Made by a program: the position numbers and the translations under genes. A stretch of 63,873 nucleotides of DNA, filler included, from Choristocarpus tenellus KU-1152 (lineage: Eukaryota > Protista > Phaeophyceae), in assembly GCA_964200185.2 (NCBI GenBank). It is 11 parts of 11 records of this genome, joined end to end, with 100 filler letters (N's around TTAATTAATTAA, not from the genome) between each part and the next. Parts side by side here need not be neighbours in the genome. Positions count along the whole stretch, not along the records: positions 45,103 to 53,395 come from CAXNAD020004885.1; positions 53,496 to 60,546 come from CAXNAD020006779.1; positions 60,647 to 63,873 come from CAXNAD020021406.1; 8 more parts are not named here. One strand, given 5' to 3'. Shown here piece by piece: positions 48,334-61,037 of this stretch. The notes under the pieces were generated by a model. That model was not told where the DNA came from. It saw only the letters and a program-made list of their open reading frames with translations, and searched no databases. Position 1 is the stretch's first letter. The number at the start of each line of letters is the position of its first letter.

Positions 48334-49533
48334 CCAGTGGACTTTGACATGAATCTGCCTTTATTGCAACATACCCGACACACACAGCCAGGAACTGGTA
48401 CTGGTACGGCTTCAGAGCAGAGTGGATTACCCAAGGGCGAGAGCAACAAGGTGATGATGGAGAAAACGCTGAAGAGGGCGGAGTGTGCCCTTCTAACTTT
48501 TTGCCACCACGTAGGCCTGGCTCATGAGCCCCAACGGCTGGCTCGATTGGCATGGCTGCTGGACCTCGGTGCTTTTGAAGGGCTTCAAAGTGTGGTGAAA
48601 ACACTTGAGCATTACTCTTCAGAGAGTCAAGCAACCATGAAGTTGATCACATCTGATTCCTCCCTCATGGCTGATGTAGTTGGTGCATTGCTCAGAGGGG
48701 GGCAATTCTTCACCCCCGCTGCTGATGCCCTCTTAGATGCAAGAGCAGTGGCTGAGGCCTGTACCAGGACTGGTGCCAAGATAACGGGCAGGGGGCAAGG
48801 TCAACATATGGTGTTGCATCAACAGAACGAAGGCGCTCTGAGGGTGTTTGTGTGCTTGCGTGTGCTAACAGCCCTCTACAGGGAAGACTACGGGCGGGCA
48901 CTGAGATATGCCTGCTGCTCCGGCACTGATTACCAAGGTGGCAGCGAGTACGACATTGTCCGAAGCCCAGGTCCCAAGTCTACACAGGCTTGGAGATATT
49001 TCTCAGATCATCGAACAAGGAAGCAGCTGGTGGCGTTGGTGTGGTCAAGGGTTGGGATTGACCAATTGTACTCTCTGGATCTTAGCGTGAAGGAGGAGGC
49101 CTTACTAGAGTTGGCCTTGGAAGGTTTGGCTGCCGAAGAACAGGAGGATAGACAGGGAAGCGGGAATGTGGAGCATGTTCAAGGAAGGGGTTCAGGAAAG
49201 GAAAATTGCTGGGTTGGCAGTGCTAGTGGCGCTGGGCTTGTTTCCAATAATCCTTCGAGTGCACCGGAAATACGGGAAGAGTGGGGGTTGGGTACAACGT
49301 TTGGCTTGAAGGGTGGATTATCAGTTGTTGAATCACTTACCTATTTGCGTCAAAGGGGCAGTCAGTTTCATTTTGGGGTTGAGGCGGGCAGGATCAAGAG
49401 AGGCAACACCTCCTCTATCCGAAGATGTCGGAGCAGATGTGATGCTGGTCAGAGAGGTGTCGAGGTGTGGCAGCAGGTCTTTCAGGAGGAGGACTCAGCC
49501 AGGTTACTGCCACTGGTGGGTTTGATGAAGTAG
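48334..49533 (+). CDS. Large exon (~399 codons) encoding a probable ELYS-like domain
   Basis: CAG acceptor, phase 0; TFCHHVGL...RLARLAWLLDLGAFE, DVVGALLRGGQ and QLYSLDLSVKEEALL resemble the ELYS/HOS1 helical domain. Coding status is strong, family call moderate; may splice out at 49515 (CTG|GTGGGT). Confidence 0.7.
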   Translation, partial: PVDFDMNLPLLQHTRHTQPGTGTGTASEQSGLPKGESNKVMMEKTLKRAECALLTFCHHVGLAHEPQRLARLAWLLDLGAFEGLQSVVKTLEHYSSESQATMKLITSDSSLMADVVGALLRGGQFFTPAADALLDARAVAEACTRTGAKITGRGQGQHMVLHQQNEGALRVFVCLRVLTALYREDYGRALRYACCSGTDYQGGSEYDIVRSPGPKSTQAWRYFSDHRTRKQLVALVWSRVGIDQLYSLDLSVKEEALLELALEGLAAEEQEDRQGSGNVEHVQGRGSGKENCWVGSASGAGLVSNNPSSAPEIREEWGLGTTFGLKGGLSVVESLTYLRQRGSQFHFGVEAGRIKRGNTSSIRRCRSRCDAGQRGVEVWQQVFQEEDSARLLPLVGLMK

Positions 49534-52500
49534 GCTTGTGTTGTTCGCCTCTGCAAGCACTGAGGACAACTTTTTCTTGTTTTGCTCCCACCATCTCTGA
49601 CCCTGTTCGTTTTTTTGGACAGGATATATGAGGAGTCAAAATATTGGCTACAATAACCCTACCCAGCATTAATTGTATCCCATGCTGTAATTCCTTGTTG
49701 CAGTTCTAACTTCAGTAAGTAGAATCATCCATCGGTGATAGTAGTACTATCATTATACTAGGATGATGTATCTACCAAGGTTGAGGGGTTAGGGGACTCC
49801 CTACCAAAATCCAGAATCGAGATGTTTTCACGGATAGAATAGCTTGGATGCCACACGTACCCAATAGAGGGCAATGCCTCATGCAACAACTCCTATGATA
49901 CCCAGTCAATCTTACATCACGTTTTTCGCCATTGTGCCTAAGCTTTTCTCTTTAGGTATTAAAGTAGACAGGTAACCTCATTGATGACCTGTAGTATAAC
50001 CTATCATATTTCAATCGTTTCTATGTGCCTGGGTTATGGAATCATAACAGTTTCACCATGGTGTTGGTTGGCATCTATTCGGGGCTCCTCCTTCCAATCC
50101 CTTTCCTGGCCCTGTAGGAGCTCTGATATAGCAACCTGTGCAAAACTCATGATTTAGAAATTGACATTAGTACATGCGTAATGGAATTTTGAAAGGATTG
50201 TTAACACCAAAAGCAGGCAGGCAGTAGTTGGGGTATAGTCTAACAAACTCATGTTTGATGGTGGTTTTGAATCCAGCTACTTCGAGGTTTTATTCTGGTA
50301 ATTAGAGCCCCATTTACATATAGTTCTGGGCTTTGAATGAGCTCACAATCAGAATCACAGTCTTTCTGTCTTGACCAATTTTTATGATCAGGGTTCCTTC
50401 CTGTTCCATCGCCCTCAACCCACATTGTGCTATTGTTGGTCAACCTCAGAGAGGTTCAGGCATTTCTCACCCCTATTTGTAGCAACAGCTTTCACTTGTC
50501 TCCGGTTACCCACCCTGCCACGTGCCATGTGTCTGATCTTTTCCAACATGCGAAAAGCTATCATTGAAAGTTCCATCGGCACAGAGGTGGCAAAGGAGGC
50601 GCTCCAGAGATGACCACAACAGCACGAACCTTGTTTCCCCTGCGTATTCAAGTGGTACCAGTCTCTTTCATAAGCAGCGTACATGTTCTTTTGAAGCAGG
50701 GATGAGAGGATTTGAGGAGAGAGGGTGGCATGCTGCAGAAGATGTATCACCCCTAGGAAAGAGAGTGGGGGCTGATTTGGGACAGGAGTACCTTGCAGAA
50801 AGAGATTCCCCAATGCACCGGAAAAAGAGAGGGACTGCTGTTGTGGGATCACATGCAAATATGTTGAATTTCACCAATGCTCCAGCTGGGTAGGGGGATA
50901 CTGAAGGGTGAGGGTAGGGTACTGATGGGAGTGATGAAATCCTTCAGAGGGGTGTGTTCGTCATGGGGCTTCGGCCTCATTCCAGAAGAGAAGGAACTGC
51001 TGGAGGCTGAATAGGACAACAATGACTTGGGGATTGGGGCAAAGTTGTGGGAAGTCAGAAGAAGAGTGGAAGTTCTTGTCAGTACATCCTTGAAATGCCC
51101 CAAAGGAAGCATTGAAAGTCTGATCAAGTGTCGGGGTTGGAGTTAATGTGTTGCGGATATTATTGCAACTGATAACAGTTTTGAACTGTTTGAGTAAAGC
51201 TGTGGACGTTGAGTCTTGTGTGGATGTCTTTTTGTGTGTACTCTTGCAGGATTGAGTGAATAGCCAGCAAGTGTTAAATGCTACTTTGCTGCCTCCTTCA
51301 TCTCAACATTCTTTGTAGAGTGACAAACTATTGGTGGTGATCTCCGTATCAAATAGCCACCAATGCGATTTATGACTATCGTTTGGGTCGATTTGATGTT
51401 CAAGAGTGTTGGTTTTAGGCTGGCTTTTGTTCACTGGTGGATCCAGCTCCTCCCCATCCTGAGAATGCTCTGCTAATATCCAAGGTCGTTTTGCATGAGA
51501 GGAGAGATGAGGTTGTTTACCATTAGAAATGCTGTTGTTGCAAGCAGTGACTACACTTTGTGGTGCACAAACCAGTGGCATTGTTTTGGGGGCCACAACA
51601 GCATGGGAGATCAGTGGTGTCCTGCCATACACAAGGAAACCAACTGTACCAGATCACTACACAGTTTTATATCTGACTATAGGTGGATTGTTGTGTAGGG
51701 TAATTTATAACTGATGACATGTAGATTGTGAAAGATGCAACAGAAGGGTGGACGCCTTTGTTGTCTCTTTTCCCCTGCCAGGTGTTGCATTGAATATATT
51801 TCATGTGTTTTTATTTTTGAGTACGGGATGGAGATTGAAAACTCGCGAACACATATATATTGGAGTTGGATGGGGCCTGTGAATTATTGCATTTGGGCTC
51901 ATTCACAACTGCTTTATTTGGTTTGGAGTTGCATTTCACAAAAGATTTTGTGTGTGTGTTGTTGATTGATATCGTGTTGCAGACTTCACCTACACAGTAC
52001 CACTCTCTCATAGTAGTGTATTTCATGAATTTGTGAGCTGGATGGTCACTACTGTGTGCTATGTATTCGTTTGGCTTTGTATTCATTTGTTGATGCCTGG
52101 GGAGTGACTGTTTTCCTCGGGTCCAGCCAGTGTTTGGGTGACACTTGCCATGATTTACTTCTACCTTTTGTTGTATAACCTCCATTTTAGGATGTCTGGA
52201 AGACCTTTCTTGTAGTATCGTGTCTTGCTTGGATATGGATGAATGCATGTTTTGCTGATGGTCTGCATTGAAGCAGCCCATGCGAATATGTGGTGGTGCC
52301 TTCATTGTGGCAAACTTTTGTACAGTAGTAGAAAAAATAACAAAAATAGCAGTCTGCGCCCTCTTTCAGGTCTTTTCACTCAACCAGGTTAACATATCGG
52401 CAAGTTAACCTGTCCATGAGACCGGACCAGGCTGCAGGCCTGCCCTAGTGAAACGTGGTTTATTTTTATTATGACTGGTCCAGGGTGGTTGAAGATTTTA

Positions 52501-53395
52501 ACCGGATCAGGCCATGTGTAAGCCGGTCCACTGCCCCCATAAAACATACTTTTTAAGTACTCAAAGTAGATTGTACACAGCTGACCTAGTGAGCTCTTAG
52601 CTTCTTTTGTTATTGTGATGACAAGAATGTTTGCACCAGCCTGCGATATTCCCACATCAATTTGGGACAATTTGGGGTCCGCCTCACATATTTTGACCAG
52701 ATGGGCCTGACCTATCTTGACCGAGTTGGCCTGGTTAATATTTCATTTAATCCAGAACCATCAGAGATTTGAACCGGACTAGGCTGCCGACCGGCGCAAG
52801 AAGATATGTTTTAACAGGACCGATCCAGAACCAGCAGATTTCCGATCAGATGGGGTACATGCTGGTTCCTGTAAAATGTATTTCAAAGCATTTCGATAGG
52901 ACTGTACTACAGACCAATAATGCACAATCCTGTCCGGTCATCAAGCTGGTACATTGATTAGCCCTCTCTTTTATCTTGTCTTTTTTCCGCATCATCCTAC
53001 TACGGGATTAACATAATTCAGAAACGTTTTAGTGAGTAGGCATGACAATCTGTTTAGGAAGGCATTTTACTAGGTGTTCTGAAATGCTCTTTAGCAACTG
53101 GGATAGATTATCGCGCTTGCTATAAATCCAAGAAAAACGTTTTTCGAGACTTTCTTTATTGGTGGCGATGACGTAGAGACTCACTAAAAAGTTACCAAGT
53201 AATGGAGGGATGAAGTCGTGTTGTAGATAGGAAGTTGTGTTCGCTATCAGATTGTATCAACTACTGTATGGAAGGCCTCTCTCTGTATTGACTGGCATTA
53301 GGGTTGTGCTTGACGGATTGCTAGCAGTTGACATGTCCAACAGGGCCTACACTTTATGAGGAACCCATTGGCGACCCCCTCCCTCCCGCCCCCCC

Positions 53396-53495
53396 NNNNN
53401 NNNNNNNNNNNNNNNNNNNNNNNNNNNNNNNNNNNNNNNTTAATTAATTAANNNNNNNNNNNNNNNNNNNNNNNNNNNNNNNNNNNNNNNNNNNN
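53396..53495. other. Artificial contig-joining spacer
   Basis: 44 N + TTAATTAATTAA + 44 N. Confidence 0.98.
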
Positions 53496-53673
53496 GGGGG
53501 GGTCTACACCACCAGGGTGTCTACACCACCAGGGTGTCCATTTGGGACCTGACAAGGGGAAGTTAACTTACACTATCCATCTGACGCATGCAACCAAATC
53601 ACCCAAAAATCGTGACGTGGACAAAATTGACCCCAAATGGACAATTGCTACACCCCCCCAGACACTTTGAGCC
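53496..53673 (-). mobile_element. MITE family 1, near-full copy in reverse orientation at contig start
   Basis: Reverse complement aligns with 60722-60903; ends CCCCAGACACTTTGAGCC. Confidence 0.8.
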
Positions 53674-55027
53674 TCTTTTTTATAAACTACAGCCAACGTA
53701 GTAAGACTAAACCCTTCATAGTACAACCCAATTGCAGGTATATGATGGACGGGAATCATTAGGCAGGTTCTTCTTCGTATTAAAAAATGTTTAGTGGGTG
53801 AGAACAAGGATTGCGCAGTGGAATCAGCCTGGTTGAAGTCAATTACGTTCCTGCCCCTTATTGGGAAACCTTGATTTCTTCTGACTCTGGCCATATCTTT
53901 GGTTTTTGTGTGAATTGTCTTCTACTCTGCTTTTGCAGTGGGTATCAGAGTTTTCTTTATTCACACTTGCTTTCTTCTTCCCATGGCCTTGATGACCATG
54001 ACTTTTGACCAACAAAGGCGGACGGCTATCACGCATGATGATCACAACTTATTGTTTACACTTGAAAGATGTAAACAGTGATGGACACCCTACCTAGCCC
54101 ATATTCGCATCACTGGTGACATTTTAAATAAAACATCAAAAACAAATAAAAAATGAATTAATTCTTTGCAACGATGCAAGACTGAACCCATTCAACACCC
54201 GAACACCTGTTTTTTCTACCACCTACACCCCCTGGATAGGAAAAACCATTGCCCAATAGATAGCAGCAATGCTAAATCCTGTTTCTTTTTGGGTTGATTT
54301 CTCTTGCAGTCTTCGTTGATCTTCTTTATTCTCTTCCCCTTAAGCTTTTGGGTGGTCTTCTTTCATCAGTATGTATTGCCTGTTACCTTCTGTTGACTTT
54401 TTTTTCCCCACGGTTCTGAAGTCCCTCACACTAATGGAACAAACACTACATAATAATGTTGATAAACGTACTATTTCTAAAGTTAATCACAGTTTATATT
54501 TGTTGCATCTATAGTAATTTGTACGAAGTATTGTAATGGCGATTATAATAATAAGGGACACCCAGAAACCCTCCTCCCTACAATAAACCCAAAGCCAAGC
54601 AGACTACTGTCCTCCCCCTCTACACTGTTTATTTACTACCATACTCTTATATAAGTTGGACCAACTCAATTATTTGTAGTTTTGTGTTGATCATATTGTA
54701 CTTCTGAACTGTTGATGTGCACTTCGAACCTAGACCGTCTGGACTACTTCTTGGGGAGCATCAGGAGGAATATTTCTCACCTCATTTTCGAACCATTTTC
54801 TGAACCATTTTGATGTCATTGCAGAACTATTTCACATGATTTTCAAATCATTTTAATGTAATTGCGGAACCATTTCGAGTTATTTCTAAACCATTATTAC
54901 TCGTTTTGGGGGACTTTTCATAGATACTTTCACATTTTTCTAGCGATATTTCTGGGACAATTTGGTCACTTTTGGGGGGGTGATTCGCCTATGATTAGCC
55001 AACTCTCTGCCATGATATGATAAGAGC

Positions 55028-55062
55028 TAGGGTTAGGGTTAGGGTTGGACATAGGGTTAGGT
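55028..55062 (+). repeat. Short interstitial TTAGGG tract
   Basis: TAGGGTTAGGGTTAGGGTTGG..TAGGGTTAGG. Confidence 0.85.
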
Positions 55063-56092
55063 TTTCAAAGGTGTGTGCAAAGAAGTGAAAACATATTACA
55101 GTGGGGGTTCCCCAAGGTAGTGGGGGCTCCTGAAGACGGGATCTTCCTTGTAAACTGCAACATCCACAGAACATGACCAAATGTCCAAGAAATATCTGTA
55201 AGAAGATGCGAAAATGTCTTCAATATATGTATATTATATGCATGATGAATGCACGGGTACCAGATTCGCAGATTGGACAGGAGGATAATCACCACCCGTT
55301 GATCTTTAACCCCAACTTCAATTCGTTCAATCAAACATTCAACACCACAACCATAACCCCAAGTGCCCAACATATCATTTCAACGCATGGTTTCTGCGTT
55401 CAAAACATACCCTACGATTTACTGTGTGTGCTATCTCATAATTGCTGATAACAGAATTTTATGTTACCTCACCCCCTCAGTTCGTACATGACATATGTTG
55501 CTTTCGCAACAAAGGAATATATGTCGTTTGGTCTGATCAAATATATACAGCCTGAAAACTGAGGTGATATTGAGGAGGAAGTGTACGAAGGAGATATTTG
55601 ATCTCCATTACAAATATTTGACCCTGAGCTTGCTTTGCTTTTTGGAAGGCGCACTTATTTCTAGTACAATAATAGTGGGCTGGCTGGGAGAGGCTTCATA
55701 GTTTATTGATGGGATTATTTACCTACTACTTTGCGTCCGCCATCCTTCGTAGTTAGTCTTCAAGGAGTAGTTTTTTGTTGTTATCTTGTGTATTTTTAAC
55801 ATACACCACAACTAACCGCGGTGGGTGTCTATGGTGTAGTAGTCCTCTCCAGTTGTTTTGCTCGTTGTATTCATTACATGGTATTTCCTCTTCTCCAGTC
55901 TCTATTTGTGCTATCAACACGTTTTTGTTGACTTCTTTTCCTTCATTGTTCTTGCCTTTTCCTCATGACAATCCCTGCAACATGTCAGTGAGAAAAGCAG
56001 TATAACCTTTCCTATTCCGTTGCCGCTTTCACTCAAAAAAATAATTAATCACCCTGTTTTTGTGTGAGAAGGGATTCCACACACATGGTTTA

Positions 56093-56275
56093 GGGTCAAA
56101 GTATCTGGGGGGGAGGGGTGTCAGCTGTCTATTTGGGGTTCATTTTTCCGTGTCGCGATTTTTGGGTGAATTTGTTTGCGTGCGTCGATTGGATAATATA
56201 AGTGCACTTCTCCTGATTAGGGCCCGAATGGACACCTTAGTGTAGACACCCCCACCCACCCCAGATACTTGAGTC
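56093..56275 (+). mobile_element. MITE family 1, full copy (~183 bp)
   Basis: TTTA|GGGTCAAAGTATCTGGGG...CCCCAGATACTTGAGTC|TTAA (near 4-bp TSD). Confidence 0.85.
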
Positions 56276-57309
56276 TTAAAACGTAGCCCCCAAAACGCTA
56301 TATGCATTATTGGTTGAGAAAATAAAATATTAACCAGAAGAAGACAAAGTAAAAAGAATGCAAAAAATAAAGAAAAGGAAGGGTAGAACCATAAAAAAAC
56401 GCCACCCAACTATGTAAGGAGAAGAGAAGAAAGAAAATGGAGATGTAAGACAAATCAGCCCAAAAAGAAAACAGCACAGTCCTCAGCGCATAGTAGTGAT
56501 GTTAGTGGTGCTGGTGACTTGGACTTTCCTTAGGTGTTTTAGTGTGACGTTCGTTAACTATCACAAAACTGCAAGGACTGGAGTAAAATAAAAACGACGT
56601 AGTAAAGAATACATGAAACAAACACAACAACACGAGGAGAGGACGGTTTATACTACTTCATCAGGAACGTCAACCATAGTTAGTAGGGTACGAAAAATAA
56701 ATATACGCAAGAAAGCAACAAAAAAAGCGACTCCTCCTGAAGACTGCCTCTTTAGAGACACGAAGGCGGACGAGAAGCAAGGGAAGAATCCCACCAATCC
56801 ATCAAGTCTCTTCTTGCCCATCGAGCTGGAGTCTCTAGTTTGAAACGCAATACTAATGGTCTTGTGACGGACAGGTCCTGTTGGGAGGTGATCTCAGTCC
56901 AATTCACATCCGCGCGCACACATAAGTGCATAGCGCGCATATTTCTTTGTCATTGTTGTTTTCATCATCAAAACACAAAAGTCTTGAGAATTCTCTCATC
57001 ACTTGTTGTTGACGGTCACAACGATGTGACATCACCCGTCATATCTGAGATTCCGTTCAAACTTGGCTGAAAGGTTTGGTTTTGCTGAAAGCACCCCAAT
57101 CGTCATTCTGAACACCTCTCACAACTGATTGGACTGTATTTTGAAAGACAGTGTACATATTATATTATTTATAATAAATCCAGAGCGAGCATTGTACTAG
57201 ATATTATTATGGAATTAGATTTCAAACCTCGCGCGTTGTAGGTTCGTAACAAATATCACATTAGAAAAAGGAAGGTTGTTGGTGTGAGAAGCCGCCAAGG
57301 AGTGAATTT

Positions 57310-58533
57310 ATGAAGTCAGGAGATCAGTTTGTGGGAATTGTTGGTGTAGCTGTGATCTCTGGGTGCTTCTCAACAAAGCAGCTTAATCAGATCCAATTGG
57401 TATGCTTAGCCACATGCGTGGAATGCCGACTTAATGCAGCTTTCCGCTTACGGATCTCAAGCGCCAAGTCTCTTCGATTACTGAAGGCCAATGAATTGTA
57501 TGGGTTAAGAACCTGGGACCATGCTTCTCGCCTGCCGCGTCTACGATATTGTGAGCTGACCTGGGAACTGGGAAAGTTGCAACTGATCCAAGCATTCGAA
57601 ATGAAGTGGCTAGCGACGCTGAAGCGATTGACCTTCGGGGATTGCTTCAACGAGAAGGTGGATGAGGTTTCATGGCCAGAAGGACTCCAGCAACTCACCT
57701 TCGGACAAAAATACAATCAGAAAATGGATGGGATTGTGTGGCCGGTTGGACTTCAGGAAATAACGTTTGGAGACGGTTTTAGGCAGCAGATAGATACGGT
57801 AACGTGGCCAGCTGGACTCCTCCAGGTGACCTTTGGAGATAGCTTTAACCATGCGATAGATCGCGTGGTATGGCCCGCTGGACTCAAACAGCTGAATTTT
57901 GGACGCCGTTTTGACCAGAGATTAGATGGAGTTGTGTGGCCGCAAGGACTCAAGCGCCTGACCTTGGGAGATGAGTTTAATCAGGTGATAGATAGGGTGG
58001 ATTGGCCGTGTGGGTTGCGGCAACTTACCTTCGGGGATTATTTTAATCTGCCGATTCATGAGGTTGTTTGGCCAGCAGGACTCCATCAGCTGACCTTTGG
58101 AGCTTCCTTTAACCAGGAGGCACAAGAGGTTGCTTGGCCGGCTGGAATTCGGCAACTGACCTTTGGAGATTATTTTAACCAACCAGTCAATGGGATTGTA
58201 TTGCCAACTATGCTTGAGGAACTGACGTTTGGGGAAGATTTTAACCAGGCGGTAAATAGTGTGGTGTGGCCGGCTGGGCTCCAGCGCCTAACCTTCGGGT
58301 TTTCTTTCAACCAGGCAGTAGTCGGCGTGGTATGGCCAGATGGACTCAAGCACCTGACCTTTGGAAGCGATTTTAACCAGTCATTGAACAATGTAACATG
58401 GCCAACACGGCTTAAGGAGGTAGTTTTTGTTCAATACCGTCCAGAACATGTTAGGGACAAATTGGTGTTTCCGATAGGTAACAATGTACATTTTTTAATT
58501 GTTGACTATGGTACTACTGAACATTCCTGGTAA
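57310..58533 (+). CDS. Intronless FNIP-repeat (LRR-like) protein, 407 aa
   Basis: 12 complete 22-aa repeats LxQLTFGxxFNQxxxxVVWPxG (57619-58410) after a ~103-aa N-terminal region; ATG to TAA uninterrupted. Confidence 0.93.
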   Translation: MKSGDQFVGIVGVAVISGCFSTKQLNQIQLVCLATCVECRLNAAFRLRISSAKSLRLLKANELYGLRTWDHASRLPRLRYCELTWELGKLQLIQAFEMKWLATLKRLTFGDCFNEKVDEVSWPEGLQQLTFGQKYNQKMDGIVWPVGLQEITFGDGFRQQIDTVTWPAGLLQVTFGDSFNHAIDRVVWPAGLKQLNFGRRFDQRLDGVVWPQGLKRLTLGDEFNQVIDRVDWPCGLRQLTFGDYFNLPIHEVVWPAGLHQLTFGASFNQEAQEVAWPAGIRQLTFGDYFNQPVNGIVLPTMLEELTFGEDFNQAVNSVVWPAGLQRLTFGFSFNQAVVGVVWPDGLKHLTFGSDFNQSLNNVTWPTRLKEVVFVQYRPEHVRDKLVFPIGNNVHFLIVDYGTTEHSW

Positions 58534-60546
58534 GCGCACACTCTGCAATTTCGATTTTTTTACTTTTAGCGTTTTGTAACTGGAATGTTATTCTAGATGC
58601 CACCCTTATTTAATTTGTGCCTCCCCCTGTCATTTTCCCCCTAGAGTTACTCTGTAAGTTAGTACTCAATAGGTTAGCCATTAGTTTGGAACAAATTTCA
58701 CTCTTCATTTGCAAATTGTCGATTCAGCTTATTGGTTGGTTTCTGTTCTTGCAACATCAACACTGCACCAGTCTTGTTTTATGCCCACTTGACATTATGC
58801 AGAGATGCCGTTCAATCGCTGGCATGTAATGTGCTTATCGGTACTCTATGTCAAGTAGGAGTGGATGCTGATCACTAGTCTGACATCCGTACTAAAATCT
58901 TTCCTGTGTTAACTGCAGTGTAGTCAATCACCATCTGCTAATTGCTGACAAATTCTGAGACACCTATTCTTTCCTATCTCAGTGGTGTTGGACACCAATT
59001 TTGCGCGAATGGTTGGGATAACTCACAACATATGACCAGTTCCAGATCTTTTAGGACACTGCATGTCTCACCACACTGACTTCCACGTCCTTGTTTGTGG
59101 TCTCCTTCATTTTTTTATCCCACCTCAGATTATGTTATGATCAGTGAGTTCACAGCTTCTGCAGTTCCCTGCCATCACGGAGCTTGTCAATATATGCATG
59201 CACAAGGACTTTGTACTTATCCACTCATGACTGCCATTGCTTATCCCCAGCAGCTACAGCCTGTGTTGCGGATGCTCACACCTCAAAGAGGATGTGTGGC
59301 AAAGTGCAAAACAATTTCTGTACACAATCTCAGTTGTGAAATGCATCTCACTCTTCTGCTTCCAATTTCTCGTAGTTTAATGGGTGAAGCAGGGGTTACT
59401 ATAGTTGTGCCATTCGATATTACAATGTCATAGGATATGGTCAGTGGCACAACTAGACCAAAGAAGAGTGTGTCATAGGACAAATTGTCACACTTAGAAA
59501 CAGGATATGAATCGAGTATATACTATATTGGTAGATTGATGTAGTCACCATTAAGACAGTATGGTCTACAATGGATCTCACATGGCACTTGTACACGCAG
59601 AGTATCATTGTACGTCAGTGCACATCATAACTGCTCACGACAATTCATACATTCAAGTCATTAAAGGGCAACTCAAACTTCTACTCGTGTTGTAAGTATA
59701 GAAAGAACCAAGCACATAGATATTAGGTATCATTATGTGTATGTCAGTTGGAGAGTGAAGGAAAGATAGCTATCGGATAGTTGCCAACAGAGTTCAAATA
59801 TGCTGATCTTATTACTAAGGGTGTCTAAGGAATCTTTCAATTGGCATTCATAAGAAGAATTCTGGAAAAGGAATATTGTAGCCAGTAACAGAGATTGAGT
59901 GATGAGTTATTAGTTATCAGGGATGAGTGAAAGTTTCTCACTCCTCCTTTCACCTTCCTTATTCCATGTACAAACTGTTCTACACAATAAGGAATTAATC
60001 GAGTTACTTACAGACACAAGTCTTGGGAACATCACTTTCTTTAACAATTGTATTGTGTTATTTTTGGACCATTCCAACGGATCTCAGACATGACATGTGG
60101 TCAGACCCTCAGTACCCCAACTATAGCACAAGAAAACACTGAAAAAATCTGTAGTAGAATAAAAAAAAGGAAAAAAAATCTGAAGAAAATTCCTCATCTA
60201 AAAAGCAACGAAAATGAATGAAGTATCATAAGTAAAGAATTTTAGAGAGACCGTCATTTCTTTCTCAAATACACTGCAACATACCAGTGCATAAAACATA
60301 TATTTCCCCTCAGTTTTCTAAAATATAAAGATGGGGAGTAGTGAACCAAAAAAAGACATTTGTGGGAAAAGGGGGTAGTGGACTGAATATTAGAAGTCCC
60401 TGATTACTGCCTTCTAGAAAATGACAGCAAAAGGTATATTGCTGACCGTGTAGAGTATACTATGAACATGTAACCAGCTTTCTCAGAGATTCATGATGCA
60501 CTGCCCAACAAAATTAGCCCTCGTAAATATTTGGAATGGGGGGGCG

Positions 60547-60646
60547 NNNNNNNNNNNNNNNNNNNNNNNNNNNNNNNNNNNNNNNNNNNNTTAATTAATT
60601 AANNNNNNNNNNNNNNNNNNNNNNNNNNNNNNNNNNNNNNNNNNNN
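60547..60646. other. Artificial contig-joining spacer
   Basis: 44 N + TTAATTAATTAA + 44 N. Confidence 0.98.
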
Positions 60647-60721
60647 GATTGAACCTATTCTTCATCAAGATACTGGTTTGGTGCACATCCCAGCCTGCAT
60701 TCATTCAAGAAGTCAACACAA

Positions 60722-60903
60722 GACCCAAAGTATCTGAGGGGGGGGGGTGGAGGCTGTCCATTTGGGGTCAAGTTTTTCATGCCGCCATTTTTGGGTGATT
60801 TGGTTGCATATGTCGGATGGATAATGTAAATGCACTCTTCCTGATTTTGTGCCAAATGGACACCCTGGTGTAGACCTCCTCCCCCTCCCAGATACTTTGG
60901 GTC
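60722..60903 (+). mobile_element. MITE family 1, full copy (182 bp)
   Basis: Perfect 15-bp TIR GACCCAAAGTATCTG / CAGATACTTTGGGTC with G-run and C-run just inside. Confidence 0.9.
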
Positions 60904-61037
60904 CGATTTTCGACCAACTTAAGCCTGTCCTCCCTCGCCCTTGCGCCTTGATGATCAAATATCACCCGTCCAGGAAACATGGACAACGCCCATTTCCGGC
61001 GCTCAACAAGGAAATGTGATAGATAAGGCTCTAACAA

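Noticed and set aside
50564-51127. Downstream exon(s) of the ELYS-like gene
   Set aside because: Purine-rich and partly open, but I could not fix the splice sites and all frames stop in the distal half
57387-58391. Minus-strand ORFs over the FNIP gene
   Set aside because: Antisense shadows of the repeat-coding strand
35234-60546. PFAS, MFS, ELYS-like and FNIP genes as a functional cluster
   Set aside because: Apart from PFAS and MFS they lie on different contigs joined artificially
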